64,000 bases of DNA. It comes from Octopus vulgaris. Lineage: Eukaryota. Below are positions 13,996-27,064 of the stretch, one piece after another (within the stretch, counting starts at the first letter, position 1; every line of letters begins with the position of its first letter). The notes beneath the pieces are model-generated. The model did no database searches. It had not been told where the DNA came from and saw only the letters and a program-made list of their open reading frames with translations. The stretch is from contig OX597835.1 in NCBI GenBank assembly GCA_951406725.2, positions 49,290,001 to 49,354,000 on the forward strand, in the 5' to 3' direction. The position numbers and the translations under genes were made by a program.

Positions 13996-14658
13996 TGTTG
14001 TGTCTGGGAAGAGTCATTCTCTTTTAGTGCTTTATTATTTAACACACTCACCGGTAAAATTTCCACGTTTTTCTTATTTTTATTTTCCTAAAATTTTCGT
14101 TGCGTCTTGCAACCTTTTCAATAGTCTTGACTCTGTCCGTTATTTACACTGCGTTCCCTTTTGTTTGTTTGTGCGCATGTGTGTGGGTCAGTGTGTGTGC
14201 ATGAATCTCGCAAACCAAATCTAAAAACCAAATATATATATATATAAGCACGGATTTTTGTCAGTGAACAGGTCGCGGATTTTAGCAACGAAAATATTTT
14301 GACAAATTAAACTTAAATGTTGAAGTGAATCGAACGGCTTTTGTGTGTTTCTTAAATGGCTTACAAACACCTTCCACGCTGCAATTATATATATATATAT
14401 ATACTTACTTGGAAATGGATGCGTGGCGTTCGATCATATATAAATAAGATATAAATAAGATATATATATATATACATGTATACATACATGCATGTACATA
14501 CCTACATATATATGTATATAGACATGCATATATGGGTACAGGATGTCAAAAAACGTGAACAGCATGAAAAACGAACGAGAATATGAAAAGGCAAAAACCT
14601 GGAAAACGAACTTTTTTTCGAACAACGAAAGAAACAAATAGAGAAACGTGACAGGCAA

Positions 14659-14716
14659 CCTAAAGAACAATCCCTTCATCAGTTGTCCCTAAAGAACAAT
14701 CCCTTCATCAGTTGTC
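14659..14716. repeat. 29-bp tandem duplication (cctaaagaacaatcccttcatcagttgtc x2)
   Basis: Perfect direct duplication. Confidence 0.9.
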
Positions 14717-14993
14717 CCTTGTTTTATCTACTCCGCATTTCGAACGTCAGGACAATACGCGTCTTCGTCAAAACAGTCGTTCCCGCAAAGCAAATTAAAT
14801 AGAGTGAATGAACAAACGAAAGAAGGTTACCAAATTTATTGGGAGTTCCATGTAGGGATCAAAACAGTTTCATTCAAATTCGTTGGTACTCTTGTGTTTC
14901 AAGCGTGATGCTAGTAGTCAGCCATTTTGAATTCAAATTCAGAATGGCTGACGACTAACATCACGCTTGAAACTAATATATATATGTGTGTGC

Positions 14994-15056
<63 letters not shown>

Positions 15057-15809
15057 GCCGTATATTTAAGAAGTTTGCCTCGTAAACACGTGTTTCAACT
15101 TGGGCAGTCAAGTTCGCTTCGAAACGACGTGGTTTGGTCCCGAGTTCAGTCCCGCTGTGCGCCACCAGATTTCGTTTATGCATGTCCACGAGGGGCTCTG
15201 CCCCGTCACCCATATTTCACCACCTAACACCCACCAATTCCTCTATTACCTGAAAGTATAATAGGCCCATACTACATCCCTGGCTTTCTCAGTTATCTTT
15301 ACTCCCCCTCACTTGTTACCCTCCTTCCACCGCCTACTCTTTTCACCAATCACCTTTCTACACCCCTTTCTGTGCTGCTCTCCTCTTATCAACTACTCGC
15401 TTACCTGCCATTACCTTCAAGGCCCTCCACCCCCAATGCATCACATATCTACTGCGGCCTCCTTCCCCAGATTTCCCTGTATTTCTGTCCGTCATTTGCT
15501 ACAGTCACCTCATCCTACCCACTCACCCGGCCCAAACCCTTATATCGCCTCACGCCTATTCTCACTACCCCAATGTACCTCGAGGGCATGTCTTGACACA
15601 TCTTTGCCATCATCTCTCTCTGTTTCTATCCTCTACTCTCTACCCCACTCCCTTTAGTTTTCTAACTGGGGTATCCACCCATCCACACAACAGCAAAACA
15701 CCCATATTTTTCCCTCAACACCTTTCAATCTCTCAAATGGCACAAAGCCACACCTCCTCCACACTACTCTCTCCTCTCCCAGCTGAGGGGTTTTTGTATT
15801 CCAAGATAC

Positions 15810-16065
15810 TTCGCGACCCTGTCGGTGTTGGCGCTGCATAAAAAGCACCCAGTACTCTCTGTAAATTGGTTGGCATTACTAAGGTCGTCCAGCAGTAGAG
15901 ACCATGTCAAAACACAATGGCAGTTGGTGCGACTGCTGGCCTCACCAACTCCTGTCAAACCGTCAAACCCATGCTAGGCATGGAAAACGGACATACGTTA
16001 AACGATGATGGTGATGATGGTGATGATGATGATGACCACCACCACCGCGATGATGATGACGATAG
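15810..16065 (+). mobile_element. Non-LTR retroposon 3' end (RTE-like tail, (GAT)n)
   Basis: Ends aacccatgctaggcatggaaaacggac..gttaaacgatgatg; the same terminus occurs at 51586-51630 (+) and ~36800-36860 (-). RTE assignment is from recall. Confidence 0.55.
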
Positions 16066-16086
16066 GGCAATGATTATTATTATTAT

Positions 16087-16625
16087 TACACTCGCTGGAA
16101 ACTTAGTATGCATCGCTCTGGGGACATCAGATGGGTTTGCAATTAACCATTTGTCATTTCTAGTTAGACTTCTGATCTTGATCAGCAAATTTTACACATC
16201 AATGATGAATCAAAGCATGCTATGTTCGTAAACTTGCTATGTAACCGCTTGGCACGGACCAAATGCTTTCCCTCTGCATTTTCAAGCTAGAATTGACCTC
16301 CCCTTGGCACATACAACTCGTATCGAACGTTCTCGTGCACCACAGTCCTGAAAGACGACTGCGACACTTGATGATCCTCGTCGATGGCCTTCGTCGGTTT
16401 ACCGGGTTTATCACCGATAATATTTTAAAACCCTTGTATGATCTGCCGGGTCCTTATACTGTCCGATCATTTGGAATCTGGTTTTTCTCTTTGATACAGT
16501 TGAAACATCCCTGCCAGAGGAGTCCAATTCCATCCAAACGTTTCGTATAAAACATCCTGCAACACTTAGAAAACTGACAATTTCTAAGTCGGTGTGACGA
16601 CGACAATGATTGCATGTCCATGGTT
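16087..16625 (-). pseudogene. N-terminal half of a second decayed DD37D/maT-type transposase
   Basis: Minus-strand frames give HTDLEIVSFLSVAGCFIRNVWMELDSSGRDVSTVSKRK (HTH region), ADQDQK and RNDKWLIANPSDVPRAMHTKFPASV. These motifs are typical of maT transposases. Frameshifted and truncated. Confidence 0.7.
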
Positions 16626-17259
16626 GTGTAATCAGCTATTGAAAGATTCGAGCACCCAGTTCAAATTCTTAATGTAATTGGATGGTGATAGTCATGGGAC
16701 TCCACGAAAACAGAAATACACACACACACACACACATACACACATATATTTACACATGTGTATGTGTATATATATTTATATAAATGTTTAAAATACACAC
16801 TAAGTACAAGACATCACCAACGAGCGGAAAGCAACACGTAGATACACGAGAGATAAGTACATGGCAAAATACAACAACAGCAACAACAACAAAACACAAT
16901 AAGAAGAGGACATCAACAACGAGTGAAAAATACGTAAACACATAATGAGAGAGAAAATAGGAAAAGAAGTTGTCGACTGTTTATTACTCGAGCTTTCAGC
17001 GACAAGATAGGAAACCGTCATAAAAGAGCAGCATCCAGAAATTATAAAAATATAAAATTTGTGGTTAGTTAGGGCTTCGAACGAACAAACAGCAACAGAG
17101 GGGACGTACAGAATAAACAATCGATGAAGACAGACTTTAAGGGCCGTTAGTCCAAGATGCATTGTAATGGGTAACGCCTGGAGAAATTTTGAAAGGGTTC
17201 AGAATAGAAGAGAAGAAAATAGTAGAAGAGAAAAAATGTCGGGAGGCAGTATATATGTA

Positions 17260-17672
17260 TACTCTTTACTCTTTTACTCTTTTACTTGTTTCAATCATTT
17301 GACTACGGCCATGCTGGAGCACCGCCTTTAATCGAGCAACTCGATCCCGGGACTTATTCTTTTGTAAGCCCAGTACTTATTCTATCGGTCTCTTTTGCCG
17401 AACCGCTAAGTAACGGGGACATAAACACACCAGCATCGGTTGTCAAGCAATGCTAGGGGGACAAACACAGACACACAAACACATACACATACATACATAT
17501 ATATATACGACAGGCTTCTTTCAGTTTCCGTCTACCAAATCCACTCACAAGGCTTTGGTCGGCCCGAGGCTATAGTAGAAGACACTTGCCCAAGGTGCCA
17601 CGCAGTGGGACTGAACCCGGAACCCGGAACCATGTGGTCGGTAAACAAGCTACTTACCACACAGCCACTCCT
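17260..17672 (-). mobile_element. SINE family A, well preserved
   Basis: Full reverse-complement copy with a tandem 3' tail (aaagagt/aaaagagt repeats), inserted in a TA-rich site. Confidence 0.85.
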
Positions 17673-17865
17673 GTATATATATATATCTTGCTTTCGTGGG
17701 TTTGTCAATGCTTGAAATATTCCTGAATGTTTCTTGTGGACGTAATGAACAGTTCCGTCTTCATCCAACTTCTTCTCTCTAATTTGGTTGATGATAAGAC
17801 GCCTAAGTAGACCTGTTTCAAGCTACTTCCTACACTTCCACGGCGTTTTCAAAGTTACAGCAGTA

Positions 17866-18198
17866 CTTTAGTAGCACTTTATCTCATAGCATAGTCTTTA
17901 GTAGCACTTTATCTCATAGCATAGTCTTTAGTAGCACTTGATCTCATAGCATAGTCTTTAGTAGCACTTGATCTCATAGCATAGTCTTTAGTAGCACTTG
18001 ATCTCATAGCATAGTCTTTAGTAGCACTTGATCTAATAGCATAGTCTTTAGTAGCACTTTATCTCATAGCATAGTCTTTAGTAGCACTTTATCTCATAGC
18101 AATAGTCTTTAGTAGCACTTTATCTCATAGCATAGTCTTTAGTAGCACTTGATCTCATAGCATAGTCTTTAGTAGCACTCGATCTCATAGCATAGTCT
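17866..18198. repeat. Minisatellite, 30-bp unit x11 (ctttagtagcactt[t/g]atctcatagcatagt)
   Basis: Direct tandem copies with no spacers. Confidence 0.95.
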
Positions 18199-18346
18199 GT
18201 CCCATTTCATTATTTCTGTTGGTTTAAATCTTAAAACTGAAATGAAAATTTAGTAAGATATTAACTTTTAAAGTGTGTATACATGATGAAGGTCAGTATA
18301 CTTTCTAAAACTACTACTTACAACTTACATCGCTTTCATATCTAAT

Positions 18347-18442
<96 letters not shown>

Positions 18443-19230
18443 CACTTCTGTATCGCTTGTCTATCCATTTATTGTTTGTCTGTTCTGTGTCGGTCCCATT
18501 TCCCGGCAGCTCTCGCCGATTGCCACCAGAAGGGAAACAATATTCGTTAAAGGCGCGAAATTGCGTTTGACGCTCTGGTATATATATATATATAATAAAT
18601 GGATGCAATATACATCTGTAAATGAATACATATATATACATCATAATATACACACGATTATACGTGCAAGTGCATGTTTTCTTCTATGTAGATACTACGT
18701 ATGCTGTGCTTGCAGGACGGTTCCGAGATTCCATTATGTTTCTCTAACAAATATAGAATTTTCAATTCCTTCCCAAAATATGATTTCGTCATAATTTCAA
18801 TCATTCCCGAACCAAAAGTCTCTTTTCTCATTACGACCTGTGTCTCTCTTCCTCCACCCTGATTTTTAGAGATTCCCATAACCGATTCTCTCTTAGGTGT
18901 TTCGTAAATGCTTCGCCTTGATATAAAAGCAGGCATTGTATTCTTTATAGAGTCTTCATTTCAAATGGGGTCGTCCCAGTTGTGCACGTGACACACGCAC
19001 GCACGCACACACACATACACACAGGCTACTGGACCAGCTTAAATCAACTACTTCATGCTGTGTTTCTACTGAGAGTACTCAGGTTCGTTACTTGACATCG
19101 GACATAATATACGATCATTTGTGTATGTGCGCGTGTATGCGCGTATTGATGAATATGTGTGTATGTGGATATATTCTTTATGCTCTTGCTTGCTTTCAGT
19201 CATTAGACTGCGGCCAAGCTGGAGTACCTC

Positions 19231-20077
19231 TTACATATATGTATATGCATTCAGAGGTGATGCCCCAGCAATAAATTGTGCTCCAGAAAGGCCACCACGC
19301 GAGTGCTGGAACTTGTGAACTAATAAAAGAATTAAAGAATATATATGTATTTGTGTATGTACACTCATGCATTATATATATGTATGTGCGTGTGTGTGTG
19401 TGTGTGTGTGTGTGGAGGCGCAATGGCCCAGTGGTTAGGGCAGCGGACTCGCGGTCATAGGATCGCGGTTTCGATTCCCAGACAGGGCGTTGTGAGTGTT
19501 TATTGAGCGAAAACACCTAAAGCTCCACGAGGCTCCGGCAGGGGGTGGTGGTGATCCCTGCTGTACTCTTTCACCACAACTTTCTCTCACTCTTACTTCC
19601 TGTTTCTGTTGTACCTGTATTTCAAAGGGGCCGGCCTTGTCACTCTCTGTGTCACGCTAAATATCCCCGAGAACTATGGTAAGGGTACGCGTGTCTGTGG
19701 AGTGCTCAGCCACTTACACGTTAATTTCACGAGCAGGCTGTTCCGTTGATTCGGATCAACCGGAACCCTCGTCGTCGTAACCGACGGAGTGCTTCCATTC
19801 CATTCCGTGTGTGAGTGTGTATATACATATACGGGTACATACATAAACCTTTATGCCTATGTGTTCGTGCTTGCTTGTGTGTATGTATATATATATATAC
19901 ACATATGCACGCGCGCGCACACACACATATATATAATGCATGAGTGTGCATACACAAATTCATATATATTCTTTAATTCTTTTATTAGTTCACAAGTTCC
20001 AGCACTTGCGTGGTGGCCTTTCTGGAGCACTATTTATTGCTGGGGCATCACCTCTGAATGCATATACATATATATAA
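19231..20077. repeat. Long inverted repeat (arms 19231-19388 and 19920-20077) enclosing a family B SINE
   Basis: ~158-bp arms with about 6 mismatches, compared base by base. Confidence 0.92.
19412..19806 (+). mobile_element. SINE family B (tRNA-derived), young copy 1
   Basis: Head gtggaggcgcaatggcccagtggttagggcagcggactcgcggtcataggatcgcggtttcgattcc with A/B boxes; (TTCCA)n tail; nearly identical to 32118-32507. Confidence 0.88.
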
Positions 20078-20087
20078 TGTGTGTGTG

Positions 20088-20128
<41 letters not shown>

Positions 20129-20725
20129 GCATTTTTCTTCATTTTTCCTTTTCCTTCTCTTTATTTCTATTTCCTTACAAGAAAAATGAATCCATTCAAA
20201 TCTATTTAACATTCACTCTATGTTGACTGGTGATACAGTATGGGCAGAATTTCGAAATCCAATAATCCCCTACACGCCTATTTAGTTACAAAATTTTACA
20301 AATACACTCTCTCAGGGAGATATGATATACCTATTATTATGGATAATACTACATGTACTTTTCATATTTTTTATAGTGTGATGTAACTCTTTGGAATAAC
20401 AATGCATGCGGCTGAAGATAGCTTTAAACCATCTTTTATATCTATTATACACTGATGTAAGAACAGGTCGTTTATAAAGCTTGAAACACGTGTACCGCGA
20501 TATCATTTGTGTTCTGTTTTTGATTTTATTTGATATATAGCTACATAGATAGATTGATTGATTGATTCTATCTATCTATATAATTTAAAATTTAAAAACA
20601 GGATAAGATTTTTATGAGAATTTATCAAGTAGTCAGCGTGAAAAACCTCATAAGGGAAAAATTATAATTATTCCCTTTAAATATATTTATATTAGGGGCA
20701 TTAATGCACTTAATATCTAGATATC

Positions 20726-20816
<91 letters not shown>

Positions 20817-20920
20817 GGCCAAACACAGAGGGAACAAAATACAATGTAGAGTTTTTTTTTTCGAAAACAGAAAAAAAAGGCGAAAAATAAAATTCCGATC
20901 AAAAGGGATCGTGAGAAAAA

Positions 20921-21006
<86 letters not shown>

Positions 21007-21043
21007 ATATATGTACAGATAAATATAGAAATATATATGTGGA

Positions 21044-21081
<38 letters not shown>

Positions 21082-21449
21082 TATATGCGTATGTTGTTTG
21101 CGTGCGTGCATGCATATAGGTTAAAAACAAAGGAAGAGCAAGAGAGAGAAGGCAAGAGAATGAGAGATAGAGAATGAGAGAGAGAATGAGAGAGAGAGAG
21201 AATGAGAGAGAGAGAGAATACGGCAGGCAGTGAAAGTAAACTATTGAAGTAATAGTATTTCGGTGACGCGCACACAGACACAGGATGATGGGAAATATTG
21301 TGGGTGTGCAGTTAAGAAGGAAGAGTGAGTGTGTTTATTGTGATGTATCAATATACTGGGGCCCTTGTCACACACACACACACACGCGCGCATATATACG
21401 TACATGCAGATATCTACAGAATGTGTGTGTGTGTGTTATATGTCAGCAG

Positions 21450-21508
<59 letters not shown>

Positions 21509-21812
21509 ATGGTGGCTAAATACTAATATCTTTATCTTCCGCCTCTTACTTGTTTCAATCATTAGACTGCGACCACGCTGGGGCACTGCACTGAAGGACA
21601 TTAAGCGGATGGAGGTACATTTTGATTTCTTTAGTGCCTGGTACTTTTGCTATCGTTTGCTTTTGCCAAACCGCTATGTTTCGGGGACATAAACATACCA
21701 ACACCTGTTACCAAACAGTGATGAAGGACACAGACTGATAGATGTGCATATATAAGTTTTACTCGCTCTCTCTCTCTCTCGCTCTCTCTCCCTCTCTCTC
21801 TCTCCCTCTCTT

Positions 21813-21870
<58 letters not shown>

Positions 21871-22231
21871 ATGTCTTAAGAGCTTGTTGTACGCTTTCGC
21901 GAATTGATTTACATCTAATTGTACTCCTGAGCCTCCAGAGAATGGACAACTTCTCGATGCTTTCCTCCTTGACCCGGCGAAACATTGAACCTGCGACAGC
22001 TGGAAGGAGACGAAGCTGCATCAGCAGTCGGCTGGTATTCGTTTATAGGCGAAGAGACTGGAAAAGCTTGAAATGATGTGCCTTGCTCAAGGACACAGCG
22101 CACCTCCCTCCCTCCGATCAAGTAATTCAACTTTATGAACAATAGCTCAAAACACTTACCCTAACGCGCTTTCACATATAAAAATATATGTGTACAAATA
22201 TATAGAAATGCCTATATATATATATATATAT

Positions 22232-22310
<79 letters not shown>

Positions 22311-22408
22311 CATATATATATATAAATATATATATGTGATCTCTTGAGCACCACCAGCTCAAATATTTTCTCCTCTGTCTTCCCTCCTTGGGATCTTTCC
22401 TTCTCCTT

Positions 22409-22443
22409 GTTTCCGACGAAGAGCTCCGCTCGAAACGTTAAAC
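22409..22443 (+). ncRNA. Minimal type I hammerhead-ribozyme-like motif in a TA-flanked insert (~22335-22550)
   Basis: GUUU-CCGACGA-A-GAGC(UCC)GCUC-GAAA-C-GUU-AAAC: stem I GUUU/AAAC, stem II 4 bp, palindromic AACGUU stem III. One core deviation (CUGA to CCGA). Confidence 0.55.
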
Positions 22444-23357
22444 CCTCCTTCCCTTCTTTCCTGAGCGTCAATAATACTTTAATTGTTCCACGTCCTGCGT
22501 TGCTGTGTTTTTTTCTCTTTTTTTCTGTGTTTTCTTGTTTGGATTAACTATATATGTATATATATATATATATACATACATACGCACACACATTCAAAGG
22601 GTTTAGTATCAGTGACAAGTTAATTTCAGATTAGTTAAAATACTTGTGATATGTATATATATATATACATAAGAGAGAGAGAGAGATGCATACGTACCTA
22701 CATACATACAGATTATAGATAATTATGTATATATAGTTATATAAATATACATATGCGACTAAACGATATACCTTCAACAATAAATATGCCAGCGAAAAAG
22801 ATACGTATACAGACGTTTATATCTGCTAACATATGCATGTGCTTCCATAAGTATGTACATATGCATACATAAACTCGGATAGGCAATCATATATATACCT
22901 ACAAATACAAACACAACATAACCCGCTCATAGCTTCAAATATCTTCAAAACAGATTCAGAAGTGTGTACACACGTGCATATAATTCTCCATGTATGTTGA
23001 AATATATACAAATACACATGTAGGCCTACGCAGTATATTTTAACTGTCAAGAATATATATGACCAAGTAAGATTACCTGATATACACATATACATACATT
23101 TGCAAGTTGCACAAAGGCTGATCTCAAATAATGTACGGCTGTTTTTGTTTGTTTGCGTTACTTTATTCACAATATCGAATTTTCTGGTTAAAACAACTTT
23201 TAGTGATTAAGCGACATTAAGGAATCGTGAAATATCTGTTTGTTAACATAAATATTAGACATTTTAAGTGGAAACTTTTCCAAAATTATAAATAATATTC
23301 TTCAGGTGCTTGGATTGCTTATGGATATAGTGTAAGGTTCGAAATGTAAGTTTGGAA

Positions 23358-23519
23358 AGGCGCAAGAGTGGCTGTGTGGTGAGTAGCTTGCTTATCAACC
23401 ACATGGTTCCAGGTTCTGTCCCACTGTGTGGCACCTTGGGCAAGTGTTTTCTACTATAGCCACGAACCAACCAAGGCCTTGTGAGTGGATTTGGTAGACG
23501 GAAACTGAAAGAAGCCCGT

Positions 23520-23586
<67 letters not shown>

Positions 23587-23790
23587 CTGTGTGTGTATGT
23601 GTGTGTATGTGTGTGTGTGTTTGTTTGTACTCCCACCATCGCTTGATAGCCGATAGAATAAGTACTACGCTTACAAAGAATGAGTCTTGGTATCGATTTG
23701 TTCGACTAAAGGCGGAGCTCCAGCATGGCCGCAGCCAAATGACAAACAAAGAGTAAAAAATTTCAAGAAATTAAAAGAGTAAAAGATTTC
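23358..23790 (+). mobile_element. SINE family A with internal deletion
   Basis: Head ggcgcaagagtggctgtgtgg, internal (TA)n/(TG)n, family tail. Confidence 0.8.
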
Positions 23791-24504
23791 ACAAAATTAA
23801 ATTCAGAGTCAAAGTTTTAAAGTTCGTATTTATGGCGACCCATATCTACACTTCTGTGTACTTGGGCCATCAAACGGCTATCTTTAATATCACTCAAAGA
23901 CTTATGGCTCTCTTTTACTTTTCTCCCTTTACTGTATATATCTATATCAATATTTAATCTTGTTTAGAGTTGTCCCGCTAATGAGAAATACACATGAACA
24001 CACATACGCACGCACACACACCGAAATATTGTGAGTGTGTGTGTGTGTGTTTAAAAAACGTTTCAGCAATACAAATGAGAACTTAGGCAAAATATGTCAC
24101 TAATTTCAAAAGAGGGAAACAAAGAGAAATGATGTGTTATCTAAGATTGTTTAATGATCCCATAATATTTCGGGTAATGTTTCCCTTTTCAAAAAGACGA
24201 AAGAGAGTAATTAGGTTTCCGGTGGAGGGGGAACGCGCAGAGACACACACATACATAAACATGTACGAACAGACTTTTATATCAGTACATGTATGCGCGC
24301 GTGTATGTGTGTGTACATATATAAAAAAGAAATGATTTATAAATGTATGCATTGTAGTCTAATTAATAATGCCACTAATTACTTAATCAATTATAAACCT
24401 GCCCATCATAAATCTCCAAGAATTTTTTCTACTTTTCTTTCATTTCTTTTTTTTTTTGTAAATTCTTCTTTCATTTATTTATAAATTTATATTCTTGTAA
24501 AAAG

Positions 24505-24764
24505 TCTGTCGACTGAAAAGTTTTGCAATGTTTTCGTGACTTGTTAGTTTTATTTGTCAAGTTACAACAAAAGCGGCCAAATATCTAAAGTGGAGGTCAT
24601 CCTATTGCACCGTCGGATGCCACCTCTCTGAAAGTTCTTTTGACCCCACGCTGATACCAGTGCTTGCCCTTCGGGACAAGGAACTCCTTCACTCAAGCTT
24701 CCACCGCTTCTTAGTTGAGGAATCATCGCAAGCGCAGGAAGTTAGCCATGGATCGGAAGAGGCC
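24505..24764 (-). mobile_element. Mariner-type transposase C-terminal remnant with probable terminal repeat
   Basis: Minus strand reads [39 protein letters not shown] then (frameshift) ELSERWHPTVQ*DDLHF, the mariner C-terminal signature. TIR-like gactgaaaagttttgcaa near 24511. Confidence 0.75.
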
Positions 24765-24813
24765 ACTGAAGAGGCAACAGCGAAAAGCCGAAACTGATCG
24801 ATCAGTTTCGACC
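24761..24813 (+). ncRNA. Hammerhead ribozyme motif with intact core
   Basis: CUGAAGA (24766-72), GGC/GCC stem II, GAAA (24790-93), stem III ACUGA/UCAGU with UCGA loop, GUU triplet. Stem I is imperfect. Confidence 0.62.
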
Positions 24814-24919
24814 GCTGCTTCCGGAAGATTACGGTCTCGGTTAGTCCGTGTATGTCCTTTCCCCTTTCGTTGTTAGCAGTTTTATTTTTGTTTTTCCTAT
24901 ATATATATATATATATATA

Positions 24920-24956
<37 letters not shown>

Positions 24957-24960
24957 GAAC

Positions 24961-25001
<41 letters not shown>

Positions 25002-25010
25002 AATATATAG

Positions 25011-25067
<57 letters not shown>

Positions 25068-25596
25068 CACGCTCGCACACTCGCACACACATACACACAT
25101 ACATATGTGTGTGCATGTGAGTGTGTGTGCATGCATGCATGTATGTATGTCGATACCCGAGGTAGTCTTCTTCACATTATGCTTTGATTTTATCACTGAT
25201 TTAAGTCGCATCTCCTCTCCACTTTTAATCACTTTTCTTCTATAAAATAAAATATAATTTATTCTAAACATATAATTTAAACTGTAGCCACTCTGTGTGC
25301 CTCGATGTTATGTAGAATTACGGTCTCACCTCTAACTCCACCCACTTTTTATACATTCATACCTTTATCTATTCATTTATTTTCCCGAGAACTTTTTTTA
25401 CATATATTTTCCGCCGCGTATATAAAACAATTATTTTTATTACTTTCAGAACATTAAGCTTTGATGAAGTTCGTTTGAGAATGGAAATGATAAATTGTAA
25501 GCTTTGACTGAATAATATAAAATACATCGGATTAACCGCATTGAGTTCATTATTTAAATTATGTGTGTCTTTATGAATAAATGGTTAGGGGTGTGC

Positions 25597-25635
<39 letters not shown>

Positions 25636-26197
25636 AATATGCGAATGTCTCTTTCTTCCAACCACTCCCTCACTCCCTCTCTCTCTCTTACTTTTACTCT
25701 CCAAACATACACACACACACATTTCCATCATATATGCATATTCATATATAAAGTCCAAATATACATACTTACTGATGTGTATATGTACATATATATACAT
25801 CTAAATATATATATATTTATATATACATACATATATACATATGCAATTATATATACACATGCATATATGCATATACATGTATAAATACATATATACAAAT
25901 GCATATATATACATATGTATATATATATATGCATATGCATATATATGCGTATGCATATATATGCATAAGCATATATATACATATGCATATATATAAATGT
26001 TTATGCATATATATATGTATATACATATATATATTTATATATATATATATATATGTATATACATATATATATTTATATATATATATACATATATATAGTA
26101 TATATTTAAGTACGTTCATATATATATATATACGTATATATATACATATAAAATATATATATATATATATATATATATACATGCATATATATGTATG

Positions 26198-26231
<34 letters not shown>

Positions 26232-27064
26232 TGTATGTATATATATATACACACACACACACACATATTTGTGTGTTAGGTGTAGTGGAGTGTGACCAGC
26301 GGATTACGCGGATCATTTCAACAGATCACCTTCTGTTCGCAACGTTGTACAAAGTCTATAAGTCTATAATTAAGTGTGGAGGTGGGGGAGGGGGGTTTAA
26401 TGAATGTTGTACGGTTAATATTATCGATGGTGGGGGTGGAGTGAAGGAGGAGAATGGATGAGGCTGGCTTCGTTGATGAAATCATAAAATTTATTTTACT
26501 CGAGATGAAAAACAATCACATTTGTGTATGTATTCCTCCAGGTCTATACATATTCATTTATGCACTGAAATATTGATTTCAAATATTGGCACAAGGCCAG
26601 AAATGTGGGGTGGGGTAGGGGGTAAAGCGATAACATCAACCCCAGTACTCAACTGGTACTTATTTTATCGACCTCGGCGGAATTTGAACTCAGAACGTAA
26701 ATTAGCATGGCCACAGTCCAATGATTTTGATTCGAATTAAGACTAATGATTGAAACGAGATTGATGGAAACTCCGCTGAAGACTGTTAAATGGCACAGAC
26801 TTTTGTCACGTTGATTCGTGAAGATTACATTAGGATGCACTGGTATCTACGGAATACTCAGCCAGCCAAGTACTTCTTGGGCTCTCCGAACATTTACATG
26901 GACCATAGATATATATATATTTCGCTTGCGCATTGCAAGACTAACAACCTGGTGTAGAACTCAACGTGGGTGTACTTCAAAACGAAGCATTAGTCGAGAA
27001 GAGAGAGGCAATGAGAAAATGAGATGACAAAGGAATAAACGAATAAATTGCACTTCATATTCGA

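Noticed and set aside
17866-18198. CRISPR-like 30-bp periodicity
   Set aside because: No spacers, eukaryotic context and no cas genes; it is a minisatellite.
19412-19490. tRNA gene (also 32118, 3868 and the family A heads)
   Set aside because: A/B boxes are present but run into SINE bodies; no complete cloverleaf or terminator.
26775-26810. CUGAAGA-CUG..CAG hammerhead start
   Set aside because: No GAAA or cleavage triplet follows.
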